Of a stretch of DNA of 64,000 nucleotides, positions 1-9,704 are shown in pieces (the stretch's first letter is position 1; each line of letters starts with the position of its first letter). This stretch comes from a bacterium (GTDB lineage: Bacteria; Hinthialibacterota; Hinthialibacteria; Hinthialibacterales; Hinthialibacteraceae). A program made the translations under genes and the position numbers. Location: the NCBI GenBank assembly GCA_963662285.2, contig CAXXMV010000001.1, positions 512,001 through 576,000 of the forward strand, read 5' to 3'. The notes beneath the pieces are model-generated. The model made no database searches, was not told the DNA's origin, and was given only the letters and a program-made list of their open reading frames with translations.

Positions 1-477
1 CCAGGCCGCCATGGGGAAAGGAAAGTTCCAGGGAACGATAGCCGCTACAACGCCGATTGGCTCCCGCAGGGTATAATCGAAACCCTTGTTGCTTACCGGA
101 ATGGTTTCGCCGAAAAATTTGGTGATCGCGCCTGCGTAATATTCAAAACAGGAACCGCCTGCTCCGACTTCACCCCGTGAATCCTGGATAGGTTTGCCAA
201 CATTGAGCGATTCCTCGCGGGAAATCTCTTCCAGGTTTTCTCGAATGATATTGGCGAACTTATACAGTATCTTGGCGCGTTCGGAAGCCATCATTTTAGG
301 CCAGGGACCTTCATCGAAGGCTTTACGGGCGGCGCATACGGCTTCGTTTACATCTTCAGCGCCAGCTTTGGCCGCCGTGGCGATGACTTCGGTAATGGAA
401 GGATTATAAACAGGAAAAGTTTCGCCCGATTTGGCGGGTTTCCATTGTCCGTTGATTAATAGTTGATGTTGTTTCAT
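1..477 (-). CDS. Aldehyde dehydrogenase family protein, N-terminal part (runs off the left edge)
   Basis: Not in the ORF track. Manual translation from ATG at 477 gives MKQHQLLINGQW...REPIGVVAAIVPWNFPFPMAAW, with the ALDH PWNFP motif; open to base 1. Confidence 0.92.
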   Translation of the reverse strand, partial: MKQHQLLINGQWKPAKSGETFPVYNPSITEVIATAAKAGAEDVNEAVCAARKAFDEGPWPKMMASERAKILYKFANIIRENLEEISREESLNVGKPIQDSRGEVGAGGSCFEYYAGAITKFFGETIPVSNKGFDYTLREPIGVVAAIVPWNFPFPMAAW

Positions 478-482
478 TTTTT

Positions 483-1649
483 TTACCAGCTTTCTTGATA
501 TAGACGAAGTAAATCTTCTTGCGTACATTTACGGGGATTGGTTAGATGACAAGAATCTTCAAAGGCTTTTTTGGCTAATTTCGACAAGGCGTCTTCAGGT
601 ACTTTGCAATCGCGCAACTGCGAGGGCAGGCCAATTCTTTTTATCAGAGCAGCCACGGCGTCGGCGGCCTGATCCGCAGCTTCTGCTGGAGACATATCCC
701 GCACGTCTATTCCCATAATTGAGGCGACTCTGGCGTAGTGTTCAGCAGCCGCATCCCGGTTGAAACGCATTACCGCCGGAAGGCAAACTGCGTTGGCCAA
801 ACCGTGCTGCAGGTTAAATTCAGATGATAATGGATGCGCCAGCGAATGCGCGGCGCCCAGGTCTTTCTGGAAGGCAATAGCGCCCATCATGGCGGCGATC
901 ATCATATTGCCCCGCGCTTCGATATCTGATCCATCGTTTACCGCGCGTTCCAGATATTTACATACCAATTCGATACCGCCCACAGCCACTGCGTCGCAGA
1001 TAGGGTGGAATATGGGAGCGGTCAAAGATTCCAGGTTATGGGTAAATGCGTCCATTCCAGTGGCTGCAGTTAGGAAGGGCGGAAGTGAAACCGTAAGTTC
1101 AGGATCAGCGATAGTGCGCGTAGGCATGAGCATGGGGCTGAAAATAAGAACTTTTCTTCCCAGACTTGGAATGGTAATAACCGCGCCGCGTCCTACTTCG
1201 CTGCCAGTTCCAGCGGTGGTGGGTATGGCGATGATCGGGGGTAGTTTATTAACTATAAGTTTATATCCGCCTGCTTGAGCCTCAAAATCGCTTAACGGTT
1301 GGTCATGTTTGACGCGAACCGCCATAGCCTTGGCTGTATCCAAGGCGCTGCCGCCTCCCAATCCTATAACGCCGTCGCATCCTTCGCTATGGTAAATCTC
1401 CGCCGAGTTTTCTACATCTTCATCCAATGGATTGGGATGGACGCCTGCAAAGACGCCAAACTCTATATTGGCGCTCTTAAGCGCCTCTGTCACTTTGCTG
1501 TAGGCTTCGGTCTGTTTTAAGCCGGGATCGGTTACCAGAATTGGTTTTTTGATTCCTGCTTCTGCAAGACATTCCGGGAGTTGTTGAATCGCCCCCGGCC
1601 CGAAAACCACGATGGTTGGAAATGAAAAACGGGTAATATCCTGAATCAC
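483..1649 (-). CDS. Iron-containing alcohol dehydrogenase
   Basis: GLGGGSALD, PTTAGTGSE, DAFTH, AHSLAH and HG motifs of Fe-ADH. GTG start at 1649 preceded by AGGAG is preferred to the track start at 1691. Confidence 0.92.
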   Translation of the reverse strand: MIQDITRFSFPTIVVFGPGAIQQLPECLAEAGIKKPILVTDPGLKQTEAYSKVTEALKSANIEFGVFAGVHPNPLDEDVENSAEIYHSEGCDGVIGLGGGSALDTAKAMAVRVKHDQPLSDFEAQAGGYKLIVNKLPPIIAIPTTAGTGSEVGRGAVITIPSLGRKVLIFSPMLMPTRTIADPELTVSLPPFLTAATGMDAFTHNLESLTAPIFHPICDAVAVGGIELVCKYLERAVNDGSDIEARGNMMIAAMMGAIAFQKDLGAAHSLAHPLSSEFNLQHGLANAVCLPAVMRFNRDAAAEHYARVASIMGIDVRDMSPAEAADQAADAVAALIKRIGLPSQLRDCKVPEDALSKLAKKAFEDSCHLTNPRKCTQEDLLRLYQESW

Positions 1650-1786
1650 TTTTCTCTCCTTATCGAGAAAATATATACTTATTGCAAGCACTTATAGCCT
1701 GATCATAAGAAATGATCTTCAATCTCAAATCATGATCTACAGTTAAGAGCAATGCTAAAAGAAATTATATGTATATTTACACAATT

Positions 1787-2506
1787 CTAGATACGCTTCT
1801 GAACAAAATAAGTTATAAAATTTGATAAAATATTACGCGTCTCCGGCAGCGGTTCAAGATTCTTTATGGTTGCATCAAAATCCACTCCGCAAGCAGCGAG
1901 CCGTTCACGACGAGTACCCAGTAAAAAAATCATATTTTCCACAGTATACTCAGGATGGAATTGTACAGACCGGATCCGGTCGCCGATGCGAAAAGACTGC
2001 AAAGCGCATTTCGGACTGGAAGCCAGGCATTCACCGCCCGGTGGTAGTACCGTTACGATATCCTGGTGAGATTGCATGACTTTATTAGGGGAATTAAATC
2101 CTGCAAAGATGGGATCGCTTTTGCCTGCTTCTGTTAATTCGAGCGGATTTAATCCAATTTCCCATCCCAAGTGATTTTTTTCAACCACGCCGCCCAGCGC
2201 CTGGGCGATTATCTGATGGCCGAAGCAGATGCCAAGCAGGGGTGTTTTATGGTTAGCCCATGCTGTGATTTTATCGGAAAGCCGCTGAATCCACTTATTT
2301 TTTTCATAGACAGAAGAAGCAGAACCACCAATTACAACGCCATCATAAGAACTTATGGGCATATCCATCTCTCGTTGCGCTCTCCAAACATCGAAATGGA
2401 TCGATTGATTAACGAAAGCATCAATAATCCATTGCCCTACATCATCATAATTGAGCCGCTTTTGCTCGGATCCCCATTCAAAGCAATTCACCATTAATAT
2501 TCGCAT
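1787..2506 (-). CDS. Class I glutamine amidotransferase domain protein (GuaA/gamma-glutamyl hydrolase-like)
   Basis: GICFGHQ nucleophile elbow and QFHPE His-Glu motif. Confidence 0.9.
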   Translation of the reverse strand: MRILMVNCFEWGSEQKRLNYDDVGQWIIDAFVNQSIHFDVWRAQREMDMPISSYDGVVIGGSASSVYEKNKWIQRLSDKITAWANHKTPLLGICFGHQIIAQALGGVVEKNHLGWEIGLNPLELTEAGKSDPIFAGFNSPNKVMQSHQDIVTVLPPGGECLASSPKCALQSFRIGDRIRSVQFHPEYTVENMIFLLGTRRERLAACGVDFDATIKNLEPLPETRNILSNFITYFVQKRI

Positions 2507-2600
2507 AGATTCTTCCAGTAAATCCTAGTTGTATAAGTAAATAATCACATTTTCACCAATTATTCAAGTTTCGTTAGATGAATAATTAGTCTTGTTCATC

Positions 2601-2630
2601 TTGACAGGGTGTTCTACCTTTTGGCAATAT
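2601..2630 (+). promoter_or_regulatory. Candidate sigma70 promoter for the phosphonate operon
   Basis: Perfect TTGACA, 18-bp spacer, TG-N-CAATAT extended -10, in the AT-rich divergent intergenic region. Confidence 0.35.
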
Positions 2631-2907
2631 TAAAGATGTGGAAAACAAGTAATGCTCTGATAATAATAAAAAGGTAACAATAATATAACAAAAGGTTAAC
2701 AAAAGAGTCATAAAATCACCTGCTACCTGAAAACATTATTATCCGCATGTTAATACTGAATCAGATATTTATTTAAAATCAATCGTGTATTGTTTTTGTA
2801 TTGATGGGATTTTATGCCAGATATGTTTTTTATTCTGGTCGTGGGTATTAGTATGCTCTTCTTTGTGTTAGTAATGATTTAATTCCTTTTCAAGAAAGAA
2901 TTTTCAA

Positions 2908-4212
2908 ATGAATAACGATTTGTCTTCCCAGCAAAAAAACTGGCGGATAAAAATATTCGCCATCACCTGGTTGGCGTATGCGGGTTTTTATTTGTGTAGA
3001 AAAAACATCAGCATCATAATGATAGAATTGAAAAAAGTAGGTTTTGATGAATATCATCTCGCAACGATCCTCACTTTATATAGCCTTTTCTATGCGTTAG
3101 GGCAGTTTTCCAGCGGCGTGTTGTCTGACCGTTTCGGGCCAAGACGTATAGTTGGCATCGGCTTACTGGTTTCCGCCGCCGCTAACATTTTAATGGGTTT
3201 CTGGGCAAATTTGATGATTGTGTTGATGATTCTGGCTTGCATCAACGGAGTTGCGCAATCAACCGGATGGTCTGGGCTGGTCAAAAACATGGCCAATTGG
3301 TTCCGGCCAAAAGAGCGCGGTATTGTGATGGCCTGGTGGGGAACCAATTACGTTCTCGGTGGATTAATCGCCACCAGTTTTGCCACCTATTGCGTATACG
3401 ATCTTCCCTTTTTTGTAGAATTGGGATGGAAAAGGGGATTTTGGATCCCATCAATTCTTCTATCCATAATAGGAATCAGTTTTATTTTAATTACCAGAAA
3501 CAAACCAACTGAGGCCGGTATACCAGAAATCGTAATAGAAGAAAAACCTTCCGAAAGCGCCCAACTTTCCACCTCTAAGTTATCAGGATCCGCCAAATCC
3601 ATAAAAATATACAGAGAAGTATTGTCAAATCCTTCGGTCTGGTTAATTGCCATGATGTATTTTTTCTTAAAATTAACCCGCTACTCCTTTCTTTTCTGGC
3701 TTCCCTTATACATGACAGATCATTTGGGGTATAGCGGAAGCGAAGCAGGATATACTTCCATCGTTTTTGAATTAGTAGGATTTATGGGCGCAATCTGCGC
3801 CGGATACGCCTCGGACAAACTGTTCCAATCTCGCCGCATGCCGGTTGGCGCCATAATGTTATGGATGTTGGCTCTGGCATTTCTCTTCCATCCCACACTG
3901 GCAGGTTGGAGTCATCTGGGAAATGCGATTGGCATTGGTTTAATCGGTTTCTTTACATTTGGCCCGGATACCCTAATGACTGGCGCTGGAGCGCAGGACG
4001 CTGGTTCCAAGCACATGGCGGCCACTGCCGCTGGATTTATCAACGGAGTCGGTTCTTTCGGACAAATGTGTTCACCCTTTGTGGTAGCATGGGTTAAAAA
4101 TCAATATGGATGGGACAGTCTCTTCTATCTCTTCGTAATCTTTGCTTTTATTGGCGGCTGCATCTTAGCTTTCAGATGGAATCATAAGGCTAAATCGCCT
4201 GATCTGGAATAA
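2908..4212 (+). CDS. MFS transporter, organophosphate:phosphate antiporter (GlpT/UhpT; AepP-like by context)
   Basis: YAGFYLCRKN N-terminal OPA signature, GVLSDRFGPRR MFS motif A, about 12 hydrophobic segments; first gene before phnW. Confidence 0.88.
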   Translation: MNNDLSSQQKNWRIKIFAITWLAYAGFYLCRKNISIIMIELKKVGFDEYHLATILTLYSLFYALGQFSSGVLSDRFGPRRIVGIGLLVSAAANILMGFWANLMIVLMILACINGVAQSTGWSGLVKNMANWFRPKERGIVMAWWGTNYVLGGLIATSFATYCVYDLPFFVELGWKRGFWIPSILLSIIGISFILITRNKPTEAGIPEIVIEEKPSESAQLSTSKLSGSAKSIKIYREVLSNPSVWLIAMMYFFLKLTRYSFLFWLPLYMTDHLGYSGSEAGYTSIVFELVGFMGAICAGYASDKLFQSRRMPVGAIMLWMLALAFLFHPTLAGWSHLGNAIGIGLIGFFTFGPDTLMTGAGAQDAGSKHMAATAAGFINGVGSFGQMCSPFVVAWVKNQYGWDSLFYLFVIFAFIGGCILAFRWNHKAKSPDLE

Positions 4213-4315
4213 CAAAAAATCAGGTTTCAATACTCATAAGCTTTTATTAAATTTCATAACATGGATATCATATAATTAACGAAAACATTTTACTACTTGG
4301 AGGTGTTAAACAGAA

Positions 4316-5428
4316 ATGACCAATTGGAAAGATAAGATATTATTCACTCCTGGACCATTGACGACCAGCCCTACTATCAAACAGGCCATGTTGCGCGATC
4401 TTGGTTCACGGGATTTTGAATTCATAAACAAAATCAAAGAAATTCGCCAGAAATTGCTCGAAATCGGATGCGTGGCCGATGCTGGTTATGAAGCCATCCC
4501 CATGCAGGGCAGCGGCACTTATGGATTGGAATCCGTGGTTTCATCCACCATCCCCCCGGATGGAAAATTCCTGGTTATCATCAACGGCGCCTATGGCAAA
4601 CGCATAGCGCAGATGGCTCAAATACTAAAGATTGATACCATTTCGCTGACTTACCCTGAAAACCAGCATCCTGATTTAGCTGAAATCGAAAAAACGTTAA
4701 CTGAAGATAAAGCCATAACCAATGTTGTTGTGGTGCATTGCGAAACCACTACTGGTATCATGAATCCGGTTAAAGAGATCGGCGAGATCGTTCACCGCCT
4801 GGGTCGTTCATTCTTCGTTGACGCCATGAGCAGTTTCGGCGCGGTTCCTCTGGATTTAGCCGAATGCGAAGTTGATTACATGGTCTCATCGGCTAACAAG
4901 TGCATCGAAGGCGTGCCCGGTTTTTCCTTCGTCATCGCCCGTAAGGAATCATTGCTCAAAACTGAAGGATACGCCCGCAGCCTTAGTATGGATATCCTCG
5001 CCCAGTGGAAGGGGCTTGAATCCAACGGTCAGTTCCGCTTCACTCCGCCCACCCATACCTTATTGGCCTTCCACCAGGCAATAATGGAATTGGAAGAAGA
5101 AGGCGGCGTTGTCGGACGGGCCAAGCGTTATAGCGATAATTACCAAACCCTGATCCAGGGTATGAGAAAGATGAATTTTCAGGAATACCTGCCCCGCGAT
5201 ATGCAGGGATATATCATTACCTCATTCCTGTTTCCAGATCATCCAAACTTTTCCTTCGAAGATTTCTACAACCGCTTGAATGAGAAGGATCAGGTAATTT
5301 ATCCAGGTAAGGTAAGCAATGCGGATTGCTTCCGCATAGGGAATATTGGTAGAATATCCGTAGTAGATGTCCGGATACTGCTGGCCTGCATCCGGGAAAC
5401 ATTGGAAGAGATGGATATTCAGTTATAA
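4316..5428 (+). CDS. phnW: 2-aminoethylphosphonate--pyruvate transaminase
   Basis: LFTPGPLTTS, QGSGTY, HCETTTG, DAMSSFG, SSANKCIEGVPG, RFTPPTH and IYPGK motifs; adjacent to phnX. Confidence 0.96.
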   Translation: MTNWKDKILFTPGPLTTSPTIKQAMLRDLGSRDFEFINKIKEIRQKLLEIGCVADAGYEAIPMQGSGTYGLESVVSSTIPPDGKFLVIINGAYGKRIAQMAQILKIDTISLTYPENQHPDLAEIEKTLTEDKAITNVVVVHCETTTGIMNPVKEIGEIVHRLGRSFFVDAMSSFGAVPLDLAECEVDYMVSSANKCIEGVPGFSFVIARKESLLKTEGYARSLSMDILAQWKGLESNGQFRFTPPTHTLLAFHQAIMELEEEGGVVGRAKRYSDNYQTLIQGMRKMNFQEYLPRDMQGYIITSFLFPDHPNFSFEDFYNRLNEKDQVIYPGKVSNADCFRIGNIGRISVVDVRILLACIRETLEEMDIQL

Positions 5429-5450
5429 TTGCACATTTATTACCACATAT

Positions 5451-5537
5451 TCTCCCCCCAAGTCTGGGAGGAGTTAGAGGGGGGTTGCGTTTTGCATAAT
5501 CAACCCCCTCGTAACCTCCCCCAAACTTGGGGAGGGA
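5451..5537. repeat. Inverted doublet of BoxC-like (CCCTCTCCC/GGGAGAGGG-type) palindromic units
   Basis: TCTCCCCCCAAGTCTGGGAGGAGTTAGAGGGGGG is followed by an inverted relative, CCCCCTCGTAACCTCCCCCAAACTTGGGGAGGGA. Confidence 0.75.
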
Positions 5538-5595
5538 TTAGACATTTTATTTTGCTAACAAATTATTAAATTATTAAATATTAAGGAGAAAATTA

Positions 5596-6426
5596 ATGGA
5601 TTTTGTATTTCAACGCTCTTACCGCGGTCCTCTGCAGGCCGTTATCCTCGATTGGGCTGGAACCACGATGGATTATGGTTGCTTCGCTCCGGCTGTAGTG
5701 TTTATTGAAGTATACAAACGCAAAGGCGTCGATATTACTATCGAAGAAGCGCGCGGCCCGATGGGCGCTCATAAAAAAGTTCACATCCGGGAAATTTCAC
5801 AAACAGAATCTGTCGCCAAACGCTGGGAAGGCGTACACGGAAAACGCCCGACAGAAAAAGACGTTGAAGAGATGTTCGAGGAGTTCGTTCCTCTGCAACT
5901 GCAATGTCTGGCCGATTACGCCGATTTGATTCCAGGCACGCTTGAGACTATCGCCGAGTACCGCAAACGCGGATTGAAGATTGGTTCATCAACCGGCTAT
6001 ACCGGTGAAATGATGGACTTGCTTCAAGGTGAAGCCAAAAAACGGGGCTATGAACCAGACGCTTCAGTATGCGCCACCCAGGTTCCGGCTGGTCGTCCTC
6101 ATCCCTGGATGTGCGTTCAAAACGCAGTTGATTTGCAGATTTATCCATTTGAATCAATCGTCAAAATCGGCGACACCATACCAGATATTGACGAAGGCAT
6201 TAACGCCGGAATGTGGACTATCGGATTGGCTCTAACTGGTAATGAAATAGGTATGACCGAAGCCGAAGTTAAGGCTTGCGATCCTGCCGAACTTGAAAAG
6301 AAACTGGCTAAAGCCTACAAGCGTATGGCGCAAGCCGGCGCTCATTATGTAGTGGACAGCATCGCTGATACTATTCCCCTGTTGGATGATATCAATGCCC
6401 GGCTCGCTCGCGGCGAACGCCCGTAG
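5596..6426 (+). CDS. phnX: Phosphonoacetaldehyde hydrolase (phosphonatase)
   Basis: HAD motif DWAGTTMDYG, cap motif PMGAHKKVHI (Schiff-base Lys), GRPHPWM, KIGDT..D..EG..AG. Confidence 0.96.
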   Translation: MDFVFQRSYRGPLQAVILDWAGTTMDYGCFAPAVVFIEVYKRKGVDITIEEARGPMGAHKKVHIREISQTESVAKRWEGVHGKRPTEKDVEEMFEEFVPLQLQCLADYADLIPGTLETIAEYRKRGLKIGSSTGYTGEMMDLLQGEAKKRGYEPDASVCATQVPAGRPHPWMCVQNAVDLQIYPFESIVKIGDTIPDIDEGINAGMWTIGLALTGNEIGMTEAEVKACDPAELEKKLAKAYKRMAQAGAHYVVDSIADTIPLLDDINARLARGERP

Positions 6427-6457
6427 CGTCTGTATGCATCTACGATTTACATAAATT

Positions 6458-6502
6458 AAAAGCCGGGGGCGTGATATTCATATATCGCTTCCGGCTTTTT
6501 TT
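6458..6502 (+). terminator. Intrinsic terminator-like hairpin after phnX
   Basis: AAAAGCCGG...CCGGC stem followed by a T7 tract. Confidence 0.65.
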
Positions 6503-6523
6503 ATAAATCTAAAACGATTGAAA

Positions 6524-6658
6524 TCTTCCTCAGGCTTGGGGAAGAGGGGTTTTTGTGAAATTACATAGTGTATCTTTGGTGGGTCAAAAAGCGCGACCCA
6601 CCCTACGCTTGGGTTGGTACACATCCCTCTCCCAAGATTGGGAGAGGTTAGGTGAGGG
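6524..6658. repeat. Cluster of REP-like palindromes (two BoxC-like units around a GTAG-type REP)
   Basis: TCTTCCTCAGGCTTGGGGAAGA (6524); reverse-strand GTAGGGTGGGTC-N-GACCCACC (6578-6606); CCCTCTCCCAAGATTGGGAGAGGTTAGGTGAGGG (6625-6658). Confidence 0.75.
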
Positions 6659-6712
6659 TTGATAGCGACCACCTTCGCATAGAAGAATAACCAACATGAG
6701 AGGGCTGGTATC

Positions 6713-8077
6713 TTGACCACCAACAAATTCGATCCCGAAAAACTGAAATCTGAAGGCGACCTGAACATATCACCACTGCGCAAAGAATGGTCGGACAAAA
6801 ATATTGATCCTCAAACCCGTGAGTGGCTGGAAAAAGACGCCAAATATTTCTTACACCAGTCTTTGTCCACACCCTGTTTGAACGTTCTCGCTTCATGTGA
6901 AGGAATCAATATCGAAGATATTCAGGGCAAGCAGTATATGGATTTCCACGGCAATAACGTGCATCAGGTCGGATTCAGCAATCCCAAGGTTATTGAGGCG
7001 ATCAAACGGCAAATGGAAGAATTATCATTTTGCACGCGTCGTTATACCAACATTCCTGCTATCCAACTGGCGGAAAAACTGACCTCTCTGGCGCCGGGAA
7101 ATTTGAATAAAGTATTGTTTGCGCCGGGCGGTACAACGGCCATTGGTATGGCCTTGAAACTGGCCCGCGTCGCCACTGGACGATTCAAGACCATCTCCAT
7201 GTGGGATTCCTTCCACGGCGCGTCGCTGGATGCAATTTCAATTGGAGGCGAGGCTATTTTCCGCAATGGCATCGGGCCGCTGCTGCCCGGAACGGAGCAT
7301 GTTCCTCCCCCCGATGCTTATCATAGTTTATGGGATGGCGATGAATATGAACGTAATTTGAAATGCGCTCAATACGTCGATTACGTGTTGGAAAAAGAAG
7401 GCGATGTAGCCGCTGTTATCGCGGAAACCGTCCGCAGCACGCCCTATATTCCCATGCCGATATATTGGGAGACGGTGCGTAAGGCTTGCGATAAACATGG
7501 CGCTTTGCTGATTCTGGATGAAGTTCCCCATTGCCTGGGACGCACCGGAAGCATGTTTACCTGCGAGCATTACAATATCGTCCCCGACATGCTGGTGATC
7601 GGCAAAGGGCTGGGCGGCGGCATCTTCCCACTGGCGGCGCTGCTGGCCCGTGAAGACCTGGACGTCATGAACGACCGGGCGTTGGGTCATTACACCCACG
7701 AAAAGAATCCTGTAGCCTGCGCGGCGGCATTGGCCGCTATCCAGTACATCGAAGATGAAGGCATCCTACAAAACGCAGCAACCGTAGGTCAACACGCCCT
7801 GAAGCGAATGAATGAGATGAAAGATGAATTTCAACTGATCGGCGACGTACGGGGACTGGGGCTGCTGATTGGCATCGAGTTGGTGCGCGACCGTCAAACC
7901 AAAGAACGCGCCACCACCGAAGCGGAGCAGGTTATGTACCGTTGCCTGGAAAAAGGCCTGAGTTTCAAACTGACTATGGGCAGCATCCTGACGCTGACCC
8001 CGGCATTAACCATTACCATCGAAGAGATGGATCGGGCTTTGGACATTATTTCTGAATGTTTGAGAGAGATTGAGTGA
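6713..8077 (+). CDS. pbfA: (R)-1-hydroxy-2-aminoethylphosphonate ammonia-lyase (class III aminotransferase fold)
   Basis: SEGDLN, FLHQSLSTPCL, MDFHGNNVHQ, WDSFHGASLDAISIGGE and GHYTHEKNP motifs as recalled for PbfA; lies downstream of phnWX. Confidence 0.85.
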   Translation: MTTNKFDPEKLKSEGDLNISPLRKEWSDKNIDPQTREWLEKDAKYFLHQSLSTPCLNVLASCEGINIEDIQGKQYMDFHGNNVHQVGFSNPKVIEAIKRQMEELSFCTRRYTNIPAIQLAEKLTSLAPGNLNKVLFAPGGTTAIGMALKLARVATGRFKTISMWDSFHGASLDAISIGGEAIFRNGIGPLLPGTEHVPPPDAYHSLWDGDEYERNLKCAQYVDYVLEKEGDVAAVIAETVRSTPYIPMPIYWETVRKACDKHGALLILDEVPHCLGRTGSMFTCEHYNIVPDMLVIGKGLGGGIFPLAALLAREDLDVMNDRALGHYTHEKNPVACAAALAAIQYIEDEGILQNAATVGQHALKRMNEMKDEFQLIGDVRGLGLLIGIELVRDRQTKERATTEAEQVMYRCLEKGLSFKLTMGSILTLTPALTITIEEMDRALDIISECLREIE

Positions 8078-8109
8078 GAATTAGGTGATCAGATAATTAA
8101 AAATACAAG

Positions 8110-8146
8110 TTGACGAATTCTGTTTTTGTATTACAATTTGCAATAC
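8110..8146 (+). promoter_or_regulatory. Sigma70 promoter with overlapping palindromic operator for the TA operon
   Basis: TTGACG-16bp-TACAAT. The palindrome TTGTA-T-TACAA (8126-8136) overlaps the -10, as is typical of RHH antitoxin autorepression. Confidence 0.6.
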
Positions 8147-8158
8147 GGAGGCGTCAAA

Positions 8159-8401
8159 ATGATTACATTGAGACTTGATCCAGAACTAGAACAAGAAATT
8201 ATTAATACGGCTAAAAATCTTGGAGTGACTAAATCAGAATTGATTCGCCATAGTATCCAAGATTACATGAAAAAGATTGAAAAACCTAATGCCTGGGAGA
8301 TTGGCAGAGATGTATTTGGAAAATATTCAAGTGGTAAAGGTAACTTATCATCCAAAAGGAAGGAACTGATAATTGAAGAAATCAAGGCCAAAAGAAAATG
8401 A
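8159..8401 (+). CDS. Ribbon-helix-helix (CopG-family) antitoxin
   Basis: MITLRLDPELE...GVTKSELIR RHH pattern; GGAGG RBS before ATG 8159; overlaps the toxin start (ATGA). Confidence 0.85.
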   Translation: MITLRLDPELEQEIINTAKNLGVTKSELIRHSIQDYMKKIEKPNAWEIGRDVFGKYSSGKGNLSSKRKELIIEEIKAKRK

Positions 8402-8808
8402 AAAAAATCTTGATTGATTCTGGTCCGTTAATAGCTTTATTTGACGCATCAGATGAATATCATCATCGGGCAGTTAACTTCATCAAAACCAACCGATATC
8501 CGTTGGTTACCTCACTTGCATCAATTACTGAGACATTACATTTATTAAATTTCAATCGTAATGCGCAAATAGATTTTCTTGAATGGGTGCATCAAGGTGC
8601 TGTGGAAATTCATAATATCAAGAACAACGATTTCAAAAGGTTGAAAGAACTAACTGAAAAATACCGTGATTTACCAATGGATTTTGCAGATGCGTGTCTC
8701 TTATTTCTAGCCGAAAAACTCAAACTTAATGCCATTGCTACAATAGATAGAGATTTCACGATTTATCGAATACAAGGGAAAAGAAAATTCCAGGTTATTC
8801 TTTCTTGA
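8398..8808 (+). CDS. PIN-domain (VapC-type) toxin
   Basis: ILIDSGPL, E, MDFADA and TIDRDF acidic PIN motifs; coupled to the RHH gene. Confidence 0.9.
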   Translation: MKKILIDSGPLIALFDASDEYHHRAVNFIKTNRYPLVTSLASITETLHLLNFNRNAQIDFLEWVHQGAVEIHNIKNNDFKRLKELTEKYRDLPMDFADACLLFLAEKLKLNAIATIDRDFTIYRIQGKRKFQVILS

Positions 8809-8833
8809 AAATACCACTAACAGTTCACTCACC

Positions 8834-9610
8834 TCAAGATAATCCAATGCTAAATCCACCATCCACCGGCAGAACGACTCCGGTTACAAACTTAGCTGCT
8901 GGTGAGCATAGGTAGACTGCCGCGTGACCGATATCGTCGGTGTCTCCTCTGCAGTTCATGGGGGTGCGGCGCAGGACTTTCTCAAGCCGCTTGGGATCAT
9001 CATCAAAGGCGTTGCGGGAAATTTCGGTGATTATAAAACCGGGCGCGATGGCATTAACGCGAACGCCATGCGGAGACAACTCTGAGGCGAAGGTTTTGAC
9101 CAGCCCCAGGTAAGCCGATTTGGCGGCTGAGTAGGCTATGGTTTTCGACAACCCGATTATGGATGTCATCGAGGCGATAAATAAAACTGAACCATGCCCA
9201 TTCTTTATCATCTCCGGGGCAACCGCTTTGGTCAGCGAAAATGATCCCATGACATGGGTATTGATAAGCTGGTTGAATTCCTCGTTGGTTGTTTCCAAAG
9301 CGTCTTTTTTTAAGTGATTGCCTGCGTTGTTGATAAGAATTGTCGGCGACCCAACCTGCTCTGTCACCTTGGCGATTATGGCTGGAATTTCATCGATCTG
9401 CGACACGTCAAAAACTTCATAAGAGGCCTGCGAACCTATGGCCTGAACCGCTTCCTGGAGAGATTGCTCGCGTCGTCCTAACAAAACAACTTTAGCCCCG
9501 GCTTGCGCCAGGTTGTGGGACATGGACAAACCGATTCCGGTTCCTCCCCCTGTAATGATGGCTATCTCACCTTGCAGAGAGAATGGATTGGTGTTCATGA
9601 TTTTCTCCAT
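8834..9610 (-). CDS. Short-chain dehydrogenase/reductase (gluconate 5-dehydrogenase/KduD-like)
   Basis: TGGGTGIG, NNAG, YSAAK, VNAIAPG and VDGG motifs. Confidence 0.9.
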   Translation of the reverse strand: MEKIMNTNPFSLQGEIAIITGGGTGIGLSMSHNLAQAGAKVVLLGRREQSLQEAVQAIGSQASYEVFDVSQIDEIPAIIAKVTEQVGSPTILINNAGNHLKKDALETTNEEFNQLINTHVMGSFSLTKAVAPEMIKNGHGSVLFIASMTSIIGLSKTIAYSAAKSAYLGLVKTFASELSPHGVRVNAIAPGFIITEISRNAFDDDPKRLEKVLRRTPMNCRGDTDDIGHAAVYLCSPAAKFVTGVVLPVDGGFSIGLS

Positions 9611-9704
9611 TTAAGTTCGAGCGGTTTCGTGAAAAGGCTTCTGTATGCGTTTCAATTTGGCCTTAGTGAAACTAGATGTATTTTGGAATCGAAGGTGATA
9701 GCAT

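Noticed and set aside
2507-2907. Pho box upstream of the phosphonate operon
   Set aside because: No convincing 11-bp-spaced CTGTCAT-like direct repeats were seen by eye.
6478-6798. 106-aa minus-strand ORF
   Set aside because: It is made of REP and terminator sequence plus the antisense of pbfA.
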